Positions 54,975 through 63,713 of a stretch of DNA of 64,000 nucleotides are shown here, one piece after another. The position numbers and the translations under genes are program-made. The DNA comes from Candidatus Limnocylindrales bacterium (GTDB taxonomy: Bacteria; Chloroflexota; Limnocylindria; Limnocylindrales; CSP1-4): contig JBBQLI010000002.1 in the NCBI GenBank assembly GCA_038327765.1, positions 933-64,932 of the forward strand, read 5' to 3'. Every line of letters begins with the position of its first letter. The first letter of the stretch is position 1. The notes below the pieces were generated by a model, which worked only from the letters and a program-made list of their open reading frames with translations, did no database searches and had not been told where the DNA came from.

Positions 54975-55243
54975 GCACGGTCCGGATCCCGCCGACGCTC
55001 CGCACATCCACCGGCGGCGCCAAGCAGGTGGAGGTGCCGGGCGGCACGGTCCGCCAGGTCGTCAGCGCGCTGGTCGCGGCGCACCCGGCGCTCGGCGCCC
55101 AGCTCCTTGCGGCCGATGGCGATCTGAACCGGTTCGTCAACGCCTTCCTCAACGACACGGACATCCGCCACCTCCAGGCGCTCGATACCCCGGTCGGCGA
55201 CGGCGACACCCTCGTCCTGCTACCGGCGATGGCTGGCGGCTGA
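54971..55243 (+). CDS. metO: ThiS/MoaD-family sulfur-carrier protein (MetO-like)
   Basis: ATGA overlap with the preceding stop. It is 90 aa, carries the beta-grasp pattern and ends in ...LLPAMAGG (a C-terminal Gly-Gly). Confidence 0.75.
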   Translation: MSTVRIPPTLRTSTGGAKQVEVPGGTVRQVVSALVAAHPALGAQLLAADGDLNRFVNAFLNDTDIRHLQALDTPVGDGDTLVLLPAMAGG

Positions 55244-55316
55244 CGCATCCGGGCCGCATCGCGCGGCGCTGGCGGCCGCGGCGACGGACCTGCGGAGCGG
55301 GGCTGGCCGAGGCTCC

Positions 55317-55685
55317 TCAGTCGAGGTGGTACACCTCACGCAGGTCGAGCCACCACGATCCGGGTTCGCGGTCCGGAAACGGCTCCTGCATCGGGTCGGT
55401 GATCTTCCACCAGGCGTTGACTGCCGGATCCTCGGCCATCCGCGCCATGTCGGCCGCGAAGTCCTCGCCCACGTACTCGACATAGGCGAACAGCAGGTCG
55501 CCGTGACGATAGATCGAATAGTTGCGCAGGTTCGCGCGCCTGATGGCGGCGTTGACTTCGGGCCGCGGATCGGCGTGGATCCGTTCGTACTCCACGACGT
55601 GCTCCGCGCGCACGCGGATGACCTGGCCGAACCGGCGGATGCCGCTCAAGGGATGCCCACCCGTCGCATCAGCCCTTGAGGGCAC
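55317..55685 (-). CDS. rhaM: L-rhamnose mutarotase
   Basis: RFGQVIRVRAEHVVEYERIHA...PEVNAAIRRANLRNYSIYRHGDLLFAYVEYVGEDF...WWKITDPMQEP. An alternative TTG start at 55649 would remove the overlap with the upstream permease. Confidence 0.85.
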   Translation of the reverse strand: MPSRADATGGHPLSGIRRFGQVIRVRAEHVVEYERIHADPRPEVNAAIRRANLRNYSIYRHGDLLFAYVEYVGEDFAADMARMAEDPAVNAWWKITDPMQEPFPDREPGSWWLDLREVYHLD

Positions 55686-56694
55686 CGACGAGGAGACCGC
55701 GGGTGATGTAGCGCTCGAGCGTGACGGCCATCGCCACGACGGGCGCGATCATGATCAGGATCAGGACCGACATCGCCCACCACTGGGGTCCGCGCGTCGC
55801 GTTCTGGGCGGCCACCTGGAGCGGCATCGTCTGCGCCTTCGCACTGGTGAGCACGAGCGCGATGAGGAACTCGTTCCAGGCGAAGATGAGCACGATCAGG
55901 AAGCTGGCCACCAGGCCCGGCACCGAGATCGGCAGGACGATCGAGCGCACGATCCGCCACGTCGACGCCCCGTCGACCGCCGCAGATTCCTCCAGCTCGC
56001 GCGGGAGCGAGGCGAAATAGTCGCGCATGAGCCAGACGACGATCGGGAGATTCGTGGCGACGTACGTGATGATCAGCGCTCCGATGTTGTCGAGCAGCCC
56101 GACCTGCTGGTAGAGCACGTACAACGGGATCGCCACCGCGATGGGCGGGAGGATGCGCTGCGAGATCAGCCAGAACGCGATGTCGCTGTTACCGAAGGCG
56201 CGCACGAACCGGCGCCCGATGGTCTGGGCGAGGATCAGCAGGATGGCGACCCCGGATGCGACAGAGATCAAGGGCGGGGCCCCGAGCGCCATCGTCACGA
56301 AGATGAACGCGAAGGCGAGGATGACCAGGCCCACCATCCCGACCCGCGGCCGATACGTGAAGCGCACGAGCGCGTAGGCCGCCATCGAGCCGAGGATCAA
56401 GGCGAAGACCGACGACGTGATGCCCACGATGATCGTGTTCGTGTAGGGCCGGATCGTGTCGTTCCCGAGGTCGAACAGGATGTATTTCCACGCGTCCAGG
56501 GTGGGCTGGAAGTCGACGAACGGGACATAGAACGGACCCTTGTCCACCTGGTAGGCCGTCTTGAACGACGTGACGAAAAGCCAGTAGATCGGGAAGAGCA
56601 CCACGAACGCCCAGACGAGGAGCAGCAGGAATGCCCCGAACTTCGCCCTGGGGGAGAGGTCAGTGACGCCGCGGCGCCGGAACGGGTTCTTCAT
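55669..56694 (-). CDS. Carbohydrate ABC transporter permease (MalG-like)
   Basis: Six TM helices. EAA loop ELEESAAVDGASTWRIVRSIVLP. Confidence 0.88.
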   Translation of the reverse strand: MKNPFRRRGVTDLSPRAKFGAFLLLLVWAFVVLFPIYWLFVTSFKTAYQVDKGPFYVPFVDFQPTLDAWKYILFDLGNDTIRPYTNTIIVGITSSVFALILGSMAAYALVRFTYRPRVGMVGLVILAFAFIFVTMALGAPPLISVASGVAILLILAQTIGRRFVRAFGNSDIAFWLISQRILPPIAVAIPLYVLYQQVGLLDNIGALIITYVATNLPIVVWLMRDYFASLPRELEESAAVDGASTWRIVRSIVLPISVPGLVASFLIVLIFAWNEFLIALVLTSAKAQTMPLQVAAQNATRGPQWWAMSVLILIMIAPVVAMAVTLERYITRGLLVGALKG

Positions 56695-57857
56695 ACGTGC
56701 TCCGTGACGCGTCGTCGGACGAAGCTGACATAGACCGTGGCCACCACCGACACCAGGATCAGCAGCAGGTAGGCGACCGCCGCGGATCGACCGATGTTCA
56801 GGGTGTTCCAGTCGATATAGGCCTGCAGCGTCATGGACTGGGTGGCCGTCCCAGGCCCGCCGCCAAGCAGGATGTTCGGCATATCGATGATCTTGAAGCC
56901 CTCGATCATGCGGATGAGGATGATCGTGGTGGTGACCGGCAGCAGGGCCGGCACGGTGATGTGCTGGAAGCTCTGCCAGCGACTGGCGCCGTCGACCAGG
57001 GCCGCCTCGCGGACCTCCTGGTCAAGGCTCTCGATGGCCGCCAGCAGGACGATGAAGACAAATGGGGTCCACTGCCAAGTGTCGCCGATGATCACCGCCG
57101 CACGTGCAAGCCACGGGTCGGTGACCCACGTGAAGTTGCGCAGGCCCAGCGCCACCCAGATGGGCTCAAGGGGACCCTTGGACGTGTCGGTCATCATCAG
57201 GAACATGTAGCCGACGCCGACCGGCGTGATCGTCAGTGGGATCAGGAACGAGACCCGGAAGAACCGCCGCAGCGGCACCTGCTGGACGGCGAGCATCGCC
57301 AGCCCCAGGCCGAGACCGTACTGCAGTCCGATCCCCACGAACACGAAGATCAGGGTCACCACGAGCGAGCCGGGACGACCCCCGTCGGCCGCCAGCGTCT
57401 GCACCAGCAGGTCGACCGACGCGAACAGGAAGACGCCACCGATCGCTCGGAGGACGAGGCCGCGACGGCGGACGGCGCCGCTTCGGGCGGCACGGACCCA
57501 GGCCACCACCGAGAGCGCGACCGTGATCGCGAGGATGGCCCAGCCGATCGGGGTGGGGGTCTTCAGGACCCCGAGGAAATGCGATCGCTCCAGGCCGAAC
57601 AGGAGTGACTGGTAGTTCGCGAAGCCGACGAAGTCGAGCTTGATGCCGCCCTGCTGGAAGACGAGTTTCGAGACGGACAGCGCGACGGAGGCGACGAGCG
57701 GGAAGACGGACAGGACAAGGATGAGGAGAACGGCGGGCCAGATGAATAACCATCTGGCCGCGCCGTCTGAGCGCCACGCGTCGAGGGTGTCAGTCGCCCG
57801 ACGCGTGGCCCGACCCCGCAGCGCCGATCCTGTTGGGAGCGGCTCCGCTGGTGTCAT
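56691..57857 (-). CDS. Carbohydrate ABC transporter permease (MalF-like)
   Basis: ORF trimmed to the ATG at 57857, 10 nt after the SBP stop. EAA loop VREAALVDGASRWQSFQHITVP. ATGA-type overlap with the next permease. Confidence 0.85.
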   Translation of the reverse strand: MTPAEPLPTGSALRGRATRRATDTLDAWRSDGAARWLFIWPAVLLILVLSVFPLVASVALSVSKLVFQQGGIKLDFVGFANYQSLLFGLERSHFLGVLKTPTPIGWAILAITVALSVVAWVRAARSGAVRRRGLVLRAIGGVFLFASVDLLVQTLAADGGRPGSLVVTLIFVFVGIGLQYGLGLGLAMLAVQQVPLRRFFRVSFLIPLTITPVGVGYMFLMMTDTSKGPLEPIWVALGLRNFTWVTDPWLARAAVIIGDTWQWTPFVFIVLLAAIESLDQEVREAALVDGASRWQSFQHITVPALLPVTTTIILIRMIEGFKIIDMPNILLGGGPGTATQSMTLQAYIDWNTLNIGRSAAVAYLLLILVSVVATVYVSFVRRRVTEHV

Positions 57858-57867
57858 CTCGATCCGA

Positions 57868-59448
57868 TTATCGCTGGACGCCGAGGCTGGCGACATACGC
57901 TGCCAGCTGCTTGTCCTTGCCGACCTCGTTGGTGATGGCATCCCAGCCATCCGAGATCGCCTGCTCGGCGCCGGCGGCGTCGAGTTCTCCAGCGAGGTAC
58001 TGGGCGACGGCCGTGTCCAGCACGTCCTGCTCATAGCGCTTGGTCTGCGGGATGCGCAGGTCGAGCACCATGTTCTTGTTCGTGAGGCTGGCCTTGATGG
58101 CGCCGAGGTAGTCGGTCGCTGCGGCCTGGCTCAGGCCCGCGTCGATCCACGGCTGGATGTTCTCGAACTGCGAGGTGCGATACGGGTTGTAGCCGGTCTT
58201 GCCAAGGGTCACGTCGACACCCGACTGTGCCGGCGCGCTCATGTACGAGAGGAAGTCATAGGCGGCATCGGCGTTGGCCGACTTCGCGTTGACGGCGCCC
58301 GACCACCCACCGAACGAGGCGAACGGTGCGTAGTTGACGCCACCGACGGCGTTCGGGCAGGTCGTCGCGTCGCACGCCACGAGCTTGCCGGATGCGCGAT
58401 CGAGGATCTGGGTCCAGCCTGGGGTGATCGTCGAGCCGACCTTGTCCTGGGCGAACGTGCCCGGGGCCAGGGTGCCGATGTCGCCCCAGTCCATCGAGAG
58501 GGCACAGCGCCCGGTCGTGAACAGGCCGCGCGTCGCGCCCACGTCGAGATTGAGCTCGTCGGGCGGTCCGACCTTCGCGGTCTTGGCGTAGGTGTCGAGG
58601 GCCCTGCTGATGGCTTCGTTGGCGCCGAACAGCGGCTTCATGGTGGTGGTGTCGAAGAACGCGCCCTGACCGGTGCCCTGGCTCTGCAGGAGGCCCGCGG
58701 CGATCGAGATGATCCACCAGAAGCTCTGGGCGCCCTTCTTCTTGGCGATGCAGGAGCCGTAGTCCGGCTGGCCGTCGCCGTTGAGGTCGGTGCCGTTGTA
58801 CTTCGCGGCATCCGTCAGGTACTCATCCCATGTGGTCGGCGCCTTGAGCCCGTCCTTGTCGAACAGGTCCTTGCGGTAATAGACCATGTGGAAGTCGCCG
58901 TCGAGCGGGACCGTGTAGACCTTGCCGTTGTAGGTCGCGTTGAAATCGCGGAAGAACGGGCCGATGTCCTGCCAGTTCAGCTGCGCGTCGTTCTTGACCT
59001 TGTCAGTGAGGTCGAGCAGGTAGCCCGGGCCGACGAAGTCGCCCATCCACTGCGGGTCGAACACGTACGCGTCGAACGCGTTCGTGCCGGTCGACGCGTC
59101 GAGGAGCGCCTTGTCGTAGATCGTCTGGAAGCCGACCGCGACCACGTTCACGTGACCACCGGTCAGCTGCTCCCAGTCCGGCGCGCGGCGCTGGAGCGGC
59201 TCCGCGACCTGCGGGCCGTTGAGGGTGAGGATGTTGACGTTGATGCCCGCGAACTTGGTCCCCTTCGGCGGGACCGGGGTCGCGCTGGGCGCCGTAGACT
59301 GGACTGCGGTCGACGGTGCGGGCGTCGCCGGCGCGGGTGTTGCGACCGGGGCGACGGTCGGTGACGGACTGGCCGCCGGACTGCAACCAGTCAGGATCAG
59401 AACCAAGCCGATCGCAGGCGCGACCGATCTGAATCGCGACACGGGCAT
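57868..59448 (-). CDS. Carbohydrate ABC transporter substrate-binding lipoprotein
   Basis: The lipobox is LILTGC. This is a large family-1 SBP. GTG 59442 (6 nt after GGAGG) is an equally good start. Confidence 0.85.
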   Translation of the reverse strand: MPVSRFRSVAPAIGLVLILTGCSPAASPSPTVAPVATPAPATPAPSTAVQSTAPSATPVPPKGTKFAGINVNILTLNGPQVAEPLQRRAPDWEQLTGGHVNVVAVGFQTIYDKALLDASTGTNAFDAYVFDPQWMGDFVGPGYLLDLTDKVKNDAQLNWQDIGPFFRDFNATYNGKVYTVPLDGDFHMVYYRKDLFDKDGLKAPTTWDEYLTDAAKYNGTDLNGDGQPDYGSCIAKKKGAQSFWWIISIAAGLLQSQGTGQGAFFDTTTMKPLFGANEAISRALDTYAKTAKVGPPDELNLDVGATRGLFTTGRCALSMDWGDIGTLAPGTFAQDKVGSTITPGWTQILDRASGKLVACDATTCPNAVGGVNYAPFASFGGWSGAVNAKSANADAAYDFLSYMSAPAQSGVDVTLGKTGYNPYRTSQFENIQPWIDAGLSQAAATDYLGAIKASLTNKNMVLDLRIPQTKRYEQDVLDTAVAQYLAGELDAAGAEQAISDGWDAITNEVGKDKQLAAYVASLGVQR

Positions 59449-59471
59449 CCTCCTCTTGACCCCGCCACCGT

Positions 59472-59489
59472 CGTTCAGCATACTGAACG
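59472..59489. promoter_or_regulatory. 18-bp near-perfect palindrome CGTTCAGCATACTGAACG in the SBP/IclR divergent promoter; putative IclR operator
   Basis: Read directly. A related half-site ctgaCCATACTG (reverse strand) lies at about 59507-59520. The same core recurs at 61610-61623. Confidence 0.65.
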
Positions 59490-59611
59490 CCCGGCCGTAG
59501 GTTGGACAGTATGGTCAGCCGGATTAAGGAAAGTCAATATGTCGGACGGAGGCCAGCGTGCTGTCCGGTACCTCGGTGCCGGCTGAGCGCAAGTGACGGT
59601 CCGATGGCGGA

Positions 59612-60445
59612 GTGGTGACGAAGATGGCGAGCGCGAACCCACACTCGATACCCGACAGCGACCGAGACGGGGCAGGGCGTCAGGACGTCGAATCCCTGGC
59701 TCCTGCCGTCAACCGTGCCGCGGCCATCCTCGATGAGTTGGTGCGCGCCGACGGTGAGCCCATGGGCCCGAGCGAGCTTGCCCGGCGGCTCCGCCTCCCA
59801 AAGTCGTCGATCGCGAACATCTGCGCGGCCCTCGCCGATGTCGGGTTCGTGCGCCGCGTCGGGACCGGGTTCGCGCTGGGCCGGCGGCTGGCCGAACTCG
59901 GCGGCGCCTACCTCGCCACGGTCGACCAGGTCCAGGAGTTCTACGAGGCCTCGCGCAGCCTCCCGACCGCCTCGGACGAGACGCTCCAGCTGGCGGTCCT
60001 CGACGGACTCGAGGTGACCTACCTCGCGCGCCACGACGGGACCCAGCCGGTCAGCCTGACCTCTGGCATCGGACGGCGGCTGCCGGCGTTCTCGACGGCC
60101 ACGGGCAAGGCCGCCCTCGCCTCCCTCGATGACGAGGCGCTCGACGAGCGACTCGCCGGGCTCTCGATCCTCCCTCGTCCCACGCGCAAGGCGCACGGGA
60201 CCGTCGCTGAGCTCCTCGCGGATATCGCCGAGATCCGTCGACGCGGGTATGCCATGGACGATGAGGAGACCGTCGAAGGGGTCGTCTGCTATAGCGTGGT
60301 CGTCCCGAGCCGACAGCCGGGCGAACCGCCGTGTGCCGCCAGCGTCACCTTGCTCAAGGTGCGCGCCACCGCCGAGCGGGTGACGGCTCTCATCGTCGAT
60401 CTGCGCGCGCTCTCGGCGGCCTTGTCCGACCCGATCCGCCGCTAG
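59612..60445 (+). CDS. IclR-family transcriptional regulator
   Basis: AVNRAAAILDELVRADGEPMGPSELARRLRLPKSSIANICAALADVGFV (wHTH) plus an IclR effector domain (...FSTATGKAALASL...RGYAMDDEETVEGVVCYSV). Confidence 0.88.
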   Translation: MVTKMASANPHSIPDSDRDGAGRQDVESLAPAVNRAAAILDELVRADGEPMGPSELARRLRLPKSSIANICAALADVGFVRRVGTGFALGRRLAELGGAYLATVDQVQEFYEASRSLPTASDETLQLAVLDGLEVTYLARHDGTQPVSLTSGIGRRLPAFSTATGKAALASLDDEALDERLAGLSILPRPTRKAHGTVAELLADIAEIRRRGYAMDDEETVEGVVCYSVVVPSRQPGEPPCAASVTLLKVRATAERVTALIVDLRALSAALSDPIRR

Positions 60446-60473
60446 ACGCCGCCGGGGCCCGCCCCCACCGCGC

Positions 60474-61532
60474 TCACGCCGGGGTCGGCGCCTCGGCGGG
60501 GATCAGTCCCTCGGCGCGAAGGTCGTCCCAGAGCTCGGTCGGGATGGGAAGGCGCATGAACGCCGGATAGCTGTCGAGGTGCTCGACCGTACGGACTCCC
60601 GCGATCAGCGCGGTCACGGCTGGATGAGCGAGCGGGAACTGGATCGCGGCTGCCCGGATCGGGACGTCGTGTCGCTCGCAGACCGCGGCGATCTGCCGTG
60701 CGCGCGCCACGATGTCGTCCGAGGCGGGACCGTAGTCGAACCGGCTGCCGGGCCGGGGGTCGACGAGCACGCCGCTGTTCATGACGCCGCCGATCATGAT
60801 CGCGATGTCGCGCTCGAGGCAGGCAGGCAGGAGTTCGGAGAGCGCCTCCTGGTCGAGGAGGGTGTACCGGCCGGCAAGCAGGAAGACGTCCATGTCGGTC
60901 TCCTGCGCGAACCGGAGGAGCATCGCCGACTGGTTCATGCCGGCCCCGATCGCACCGACGACGCCGTCGGCGCGCAGCCGCTCGAGCGCGGGATAGGCTC
61001 CGTCGAGGACGGCTCGCCAGTGCCGGTCGGGATCGTGGATGTACAGGATGTCGATGCGCGACAGACCCAGCCGCTCGAGGCTGGCCTCGACCGAGCGCAG
61101 GACTCCATCGAAGGAGTAGTCGTAGACCAGCCGCCGGTCCGTGGTCCCCTCGTAGTACGCGTCGTCCCGGTCCCCGAGAGCCTGGCGGTCGACGTCGTCA
61201 TCGGGACTGACGTCCTCCACCCGTTTGACCAGGCGACCGACCTTGGTCGACAGCACGAACTCGCCACGCGGGCGCGCGGCCAGCGCCGCGCCGAGTCGAC
61301 ACTCGGAGGTCCCGTAGCCATAGAGCGGGGCGACATCGAACGAGCGGATGCCGATCGACCAGGCATGATCGATGGTGGCAGCGGCCGCATCGTCACTGAT
61401 GAGCTGGAACAGGCCACCGATGGAAGCCGCACCGAAGCCCAGTCGCGTGACCTCGAGCGACGTCCGCCCGACGCGGACCCGCTCGAACGGCTCGAACGGC
61501 ATGGGGACCCTCCAGGGTTGCGGGGGTGTCAT
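60474..61532 (-). CDS. Aldo/keto reductase (L-fucose / D-threo-aldose 1-dehydrogenase-like)
   Basis: LGFGAASIGGLF...FDVAPLYGYGTSE...STKVGR...LYIHDPD. The start may be the ATG at 61502 (MPFEPF). Confidence 0.8.
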   Translation of the reverse strand: MTPPQPWRVPMPFEPFERVRVGRTSLEVTRLGFGAASIGGLFQLISDDAAAATIDHAWSIGIRSFDVAPLYGYGTSECRLGAALAARPRGEFVLSTKVGRLVKRVEDVSPDDDVDRQALGDRDDAYYEGTTDRRLVYDYSFDGVLRSVEASLERLGLSRIDILYIHDPDRHWRAVLDGAYPALERLRADGVVGAIGAGMNQSAMLLRFAQETDMDVFLLAGRYTLLDQEALSELLPACLERDIAIMIGGVMNSGVLVDPRPGSRFDYGPASDDIVARARQIAAVCERHDVPIRAAAIQFPLAHPAVTALIAGVRTVEHLDSYPAFMRLPIPTELWDDLRAEGLIPAEAPTPA

Positions 61533-61609
61533 CCGGCACCATCCCGCCGGGGCGGTTGGTTGACTGCGTCGTCCGTGCTCGCGTATCGTTCAGTCCGTCG
61601 TCCGTGGGG

Positions 61610-61623
61610 CAGTATACTGAACG
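61610..61623. promoter_or_regulatory. Second copy of the operator core: CAGTATACTGAACG (perfect 10-bp palindrome CAGTATACTG) in the AKR/FAH divergent promoter
   Basis: Read directly. A CGTTCAG half-site also lies at 61587-61593. Confidence 0.6.
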
Positions 61624-61690
61624 TCGGGGTGCCGGTGGCCGTCCATCCATTCTTTCGGAGCCTCGCCCCAGCCCCGTCGAGGTCCCGGCG

Positions 61691-62578
61691 ATGCGACTGA
61701 TCTCGTACCAGGCGGCAACAGAGAGCGCGGCCCTGGGTGTCGTCTCGGGGACGATGTGGATCCCTGCGGTAATCCTCCTCCCGGATGGTCCCGCAACCAT
61801 GGCCGCCCTGCTCGCCGGTGGCGCGACCGCGCTGGCGGCGCTTGCTTCCGCAGCCGATCCCGGACGCATCGCCCGCGACGGCCAGCCCCTGTCGACCGCG
61901 CCGCTCCTGGCCCCCGTGCCACGGCCCGGCAAGGTGGTCGCCATCGGGCGGAACTACCGTGACCACACAGCCGAGGAGGGGGTCGAAGCACCCCTCGCCC
62001 CGCTGATCTTCAGCAAATGGCCGAGCAGCGTGATCGGACCCGGGGCGGACATCCGCTGGGACCCGACCCTTGCCACGCAGGTCGACTACGAGGCGGAGCT
62101 GGCCGTGGTGATCGGCAGGACCGCGCGACACGTGTCGGAAGCCGATGCCCTCGACTACGTCCTTGGGTACACGTGCCTGAACGATGTGTCCGCCCGCGAC
62201 CTCCAGTTCGGGGATGGCCAGTGGACCCGCGGCAAGTCGCTCGATACGTTCTGTCCGATGGGGCCCGTCCTGGTCACTGCGGAAGAGGTCCCGGACCCGC
62301 AGGCGCTCGCGATCCGCTGCGAGGTCCGCGGCCGGACGCTCCAGGACGCGACCACCGCGGACATGTATTTCGGCGTGGCAGCCATCATCAGCCACTGCTC
62401 GCAGGCGTTCGTCCTGGAGCCCGGTGACGTCATCGCGACCGGGACGCCGGGCGGCGTCGGGATCTTCCGCGACCCGCCGATCCTGCTCGGCGATGGCGAC
62501 GAGGTGGTCGTGGAGATCGAAGGCATCGGCCGCCTCGTCAACACGTGTCGGTTCGAGCGCAGGGCGGCCGTCTCATGA
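61691..62578 (+). CDS. Fumarylacetoacetate hydrolase (FAH) family protein (2,4-diketo-3-deoxy-sugar-acid hydrolase-like)
   Basis: ORF trimmed to MRLISYQ... at 61691. Sequence: GKVVAIGRNYRDH...DYEAELAVVIG...GYTCLNDVSARD...KSLDTFCPMGP...GDVIATGTPGGVG. Confidence 0.85.
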   Translation: MRLISYQAATESAALGVVSGTMWIPAVILLPDGPATMAALLAGGATALAALASAADPGRIARDGQPLSTAPLLAPVPRPGKVVAIGRNYRDHTAEEGVEAPLAPLIFSKWPSSVIGPGADIRWDPTLATQVDYEAELAVVIGRTARHVSEADALDYVLGYTCLNDVSARDLQFGDGQWTRGKSLDTFCPMGPVLVTAEEVPDPQALAIRCEVRGRTLQDATTADMYFGVAAIISHCSQAFVLEPGDVIATGTPGGVGIFRDPPILLGDGDEVVVEIEGIGRLVNTCRFERRAAVS

Positions 62579-63600
62579 GCGCCTCGACCGAGCGATTCCT
62601 CGTGACCGGCGCGCTTGGCTGCATCGGGGCGTGGACCGTGCGGGCGCTCGTGCGCGAGGGCGTTGCCGTCACCACGTTCGACCTGGGCCAGGACACGCGC
62701 CGACTCCGCCTGATCATGTCCCCCGCCGAGCTGAGCCGGGTGACGCTGCGGACCGGTGACATCACGGACCTCGGTGCGCTGAGCGCGGCGATGGATTCGG
62801 ACGGCGTCACCAACGTCATCCACCTGGCCGCGCTGCAGATCCCGATGGCGCGCGCGGACCCGCCGCTCGGAGCGCTGGTCAATGTCGTCGGCACCGTGAA
62901 TGTGTTCGAGGCGGTCAAACGCCGGGCACGTGGCGCCCCCATGGCGCCCGTCGTCTACACGAGTTCGATCGGCATGTTCGGTTCGGATGATGCGGACGCC
63001 GACACCGGTCGATTGACGGCCGATGCGACGGCCCATCCCATGAACCACTACGGGGTCTACAAGCTCGCCAACGAGGGCAATGCCCGCGTCTACGCGCTGG
63101 ACGAGGGGATCTCGAGCGTCGGCGTGCGGCCGATGACCGTCTATGGCGCCGGCCGCGACCAGGGCATGACGTCCGGTCCGACCAAGGCCATCGTCGCCGC
63201 GGTCCTCGGCCAGCCCTACCGCGTCGCCTTCAGCGGTCTCACGCTCTACCAGTACGCCGAGGACGTGGCGCACATCCTGGTCCGCGCAAGTCGGAGCGGG
63301 ATCGAGGGAGCACACGTATTCAACCTGCCCGGGGTCGTGGGCGATGGCCCGGCCTTCCAGCGCGCCATCGATGCGGTCCTCCCGGGCGCCAGTGAGCGGA
63401 TCACGTTCGCCCCGGTCGACCTGCCGTTCCCGTCCGAGATCGACCATGACGGGATCGAGATCCTCGGGCCGCTTCCGCTCACATCGATCGACGACGGCGT
63501 CCGTGCCACCATCGAGATCTTTCGCAGCCTCGCCGAGGCGGGCGACCTCGATCCACGTGCACAGGGCCTCGAACCCGCCGCGGTGCCATCGACCCCGTAG
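62575..63600 (+). CDS. NAD(P)-dependent SDR/epimerase family dehydrogenase
   Basis: ATGA overlap with the FAH stop. Sequence: FLVTGALGCIGAW...YTSS...YGVYKLANE (YxxxK). Confidence 0.8.
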   Translation: MSASTERFLVTGALGCIGAWTVRALVREGVAVTTFDLGQDTRRLRLIMSPAELSRVTLRTGDITDLGALSAAMDSDGVTNVIHLAALQIPMARADPPLGALVNVVGTVNVFEAVKRRARGAPMAPVVYTSSIGMFGSDDADADTGRLTADATAHPMNHYGVYKLANEGNARVYALDEGISSVGVRPMTVYGAGRDQGMTSGPTKAIVAAVLGQPYRVAFSGLTLYQYAEDVAHILVRASRSGIEGAHVFNLPGVVGDGPAFQRAIDAVLPGASERITFAPVDLPFPSEIDHDGIEILGPLPLTSIDDGVRATIEIFRSLAEAGDLDPRAQGLEPAAVPSTP

Positions 63601-63713
63601 TCCGTCGCCCCTCGCCTCCATCGTGGTTTCGCCGTCCCGGTCTACCTCCTCCGGACCTGGGCGGCGAAACCATGTCCGGTACCGGTGATGCCCGACGGGG
63701 TACCGTTGGCGGC

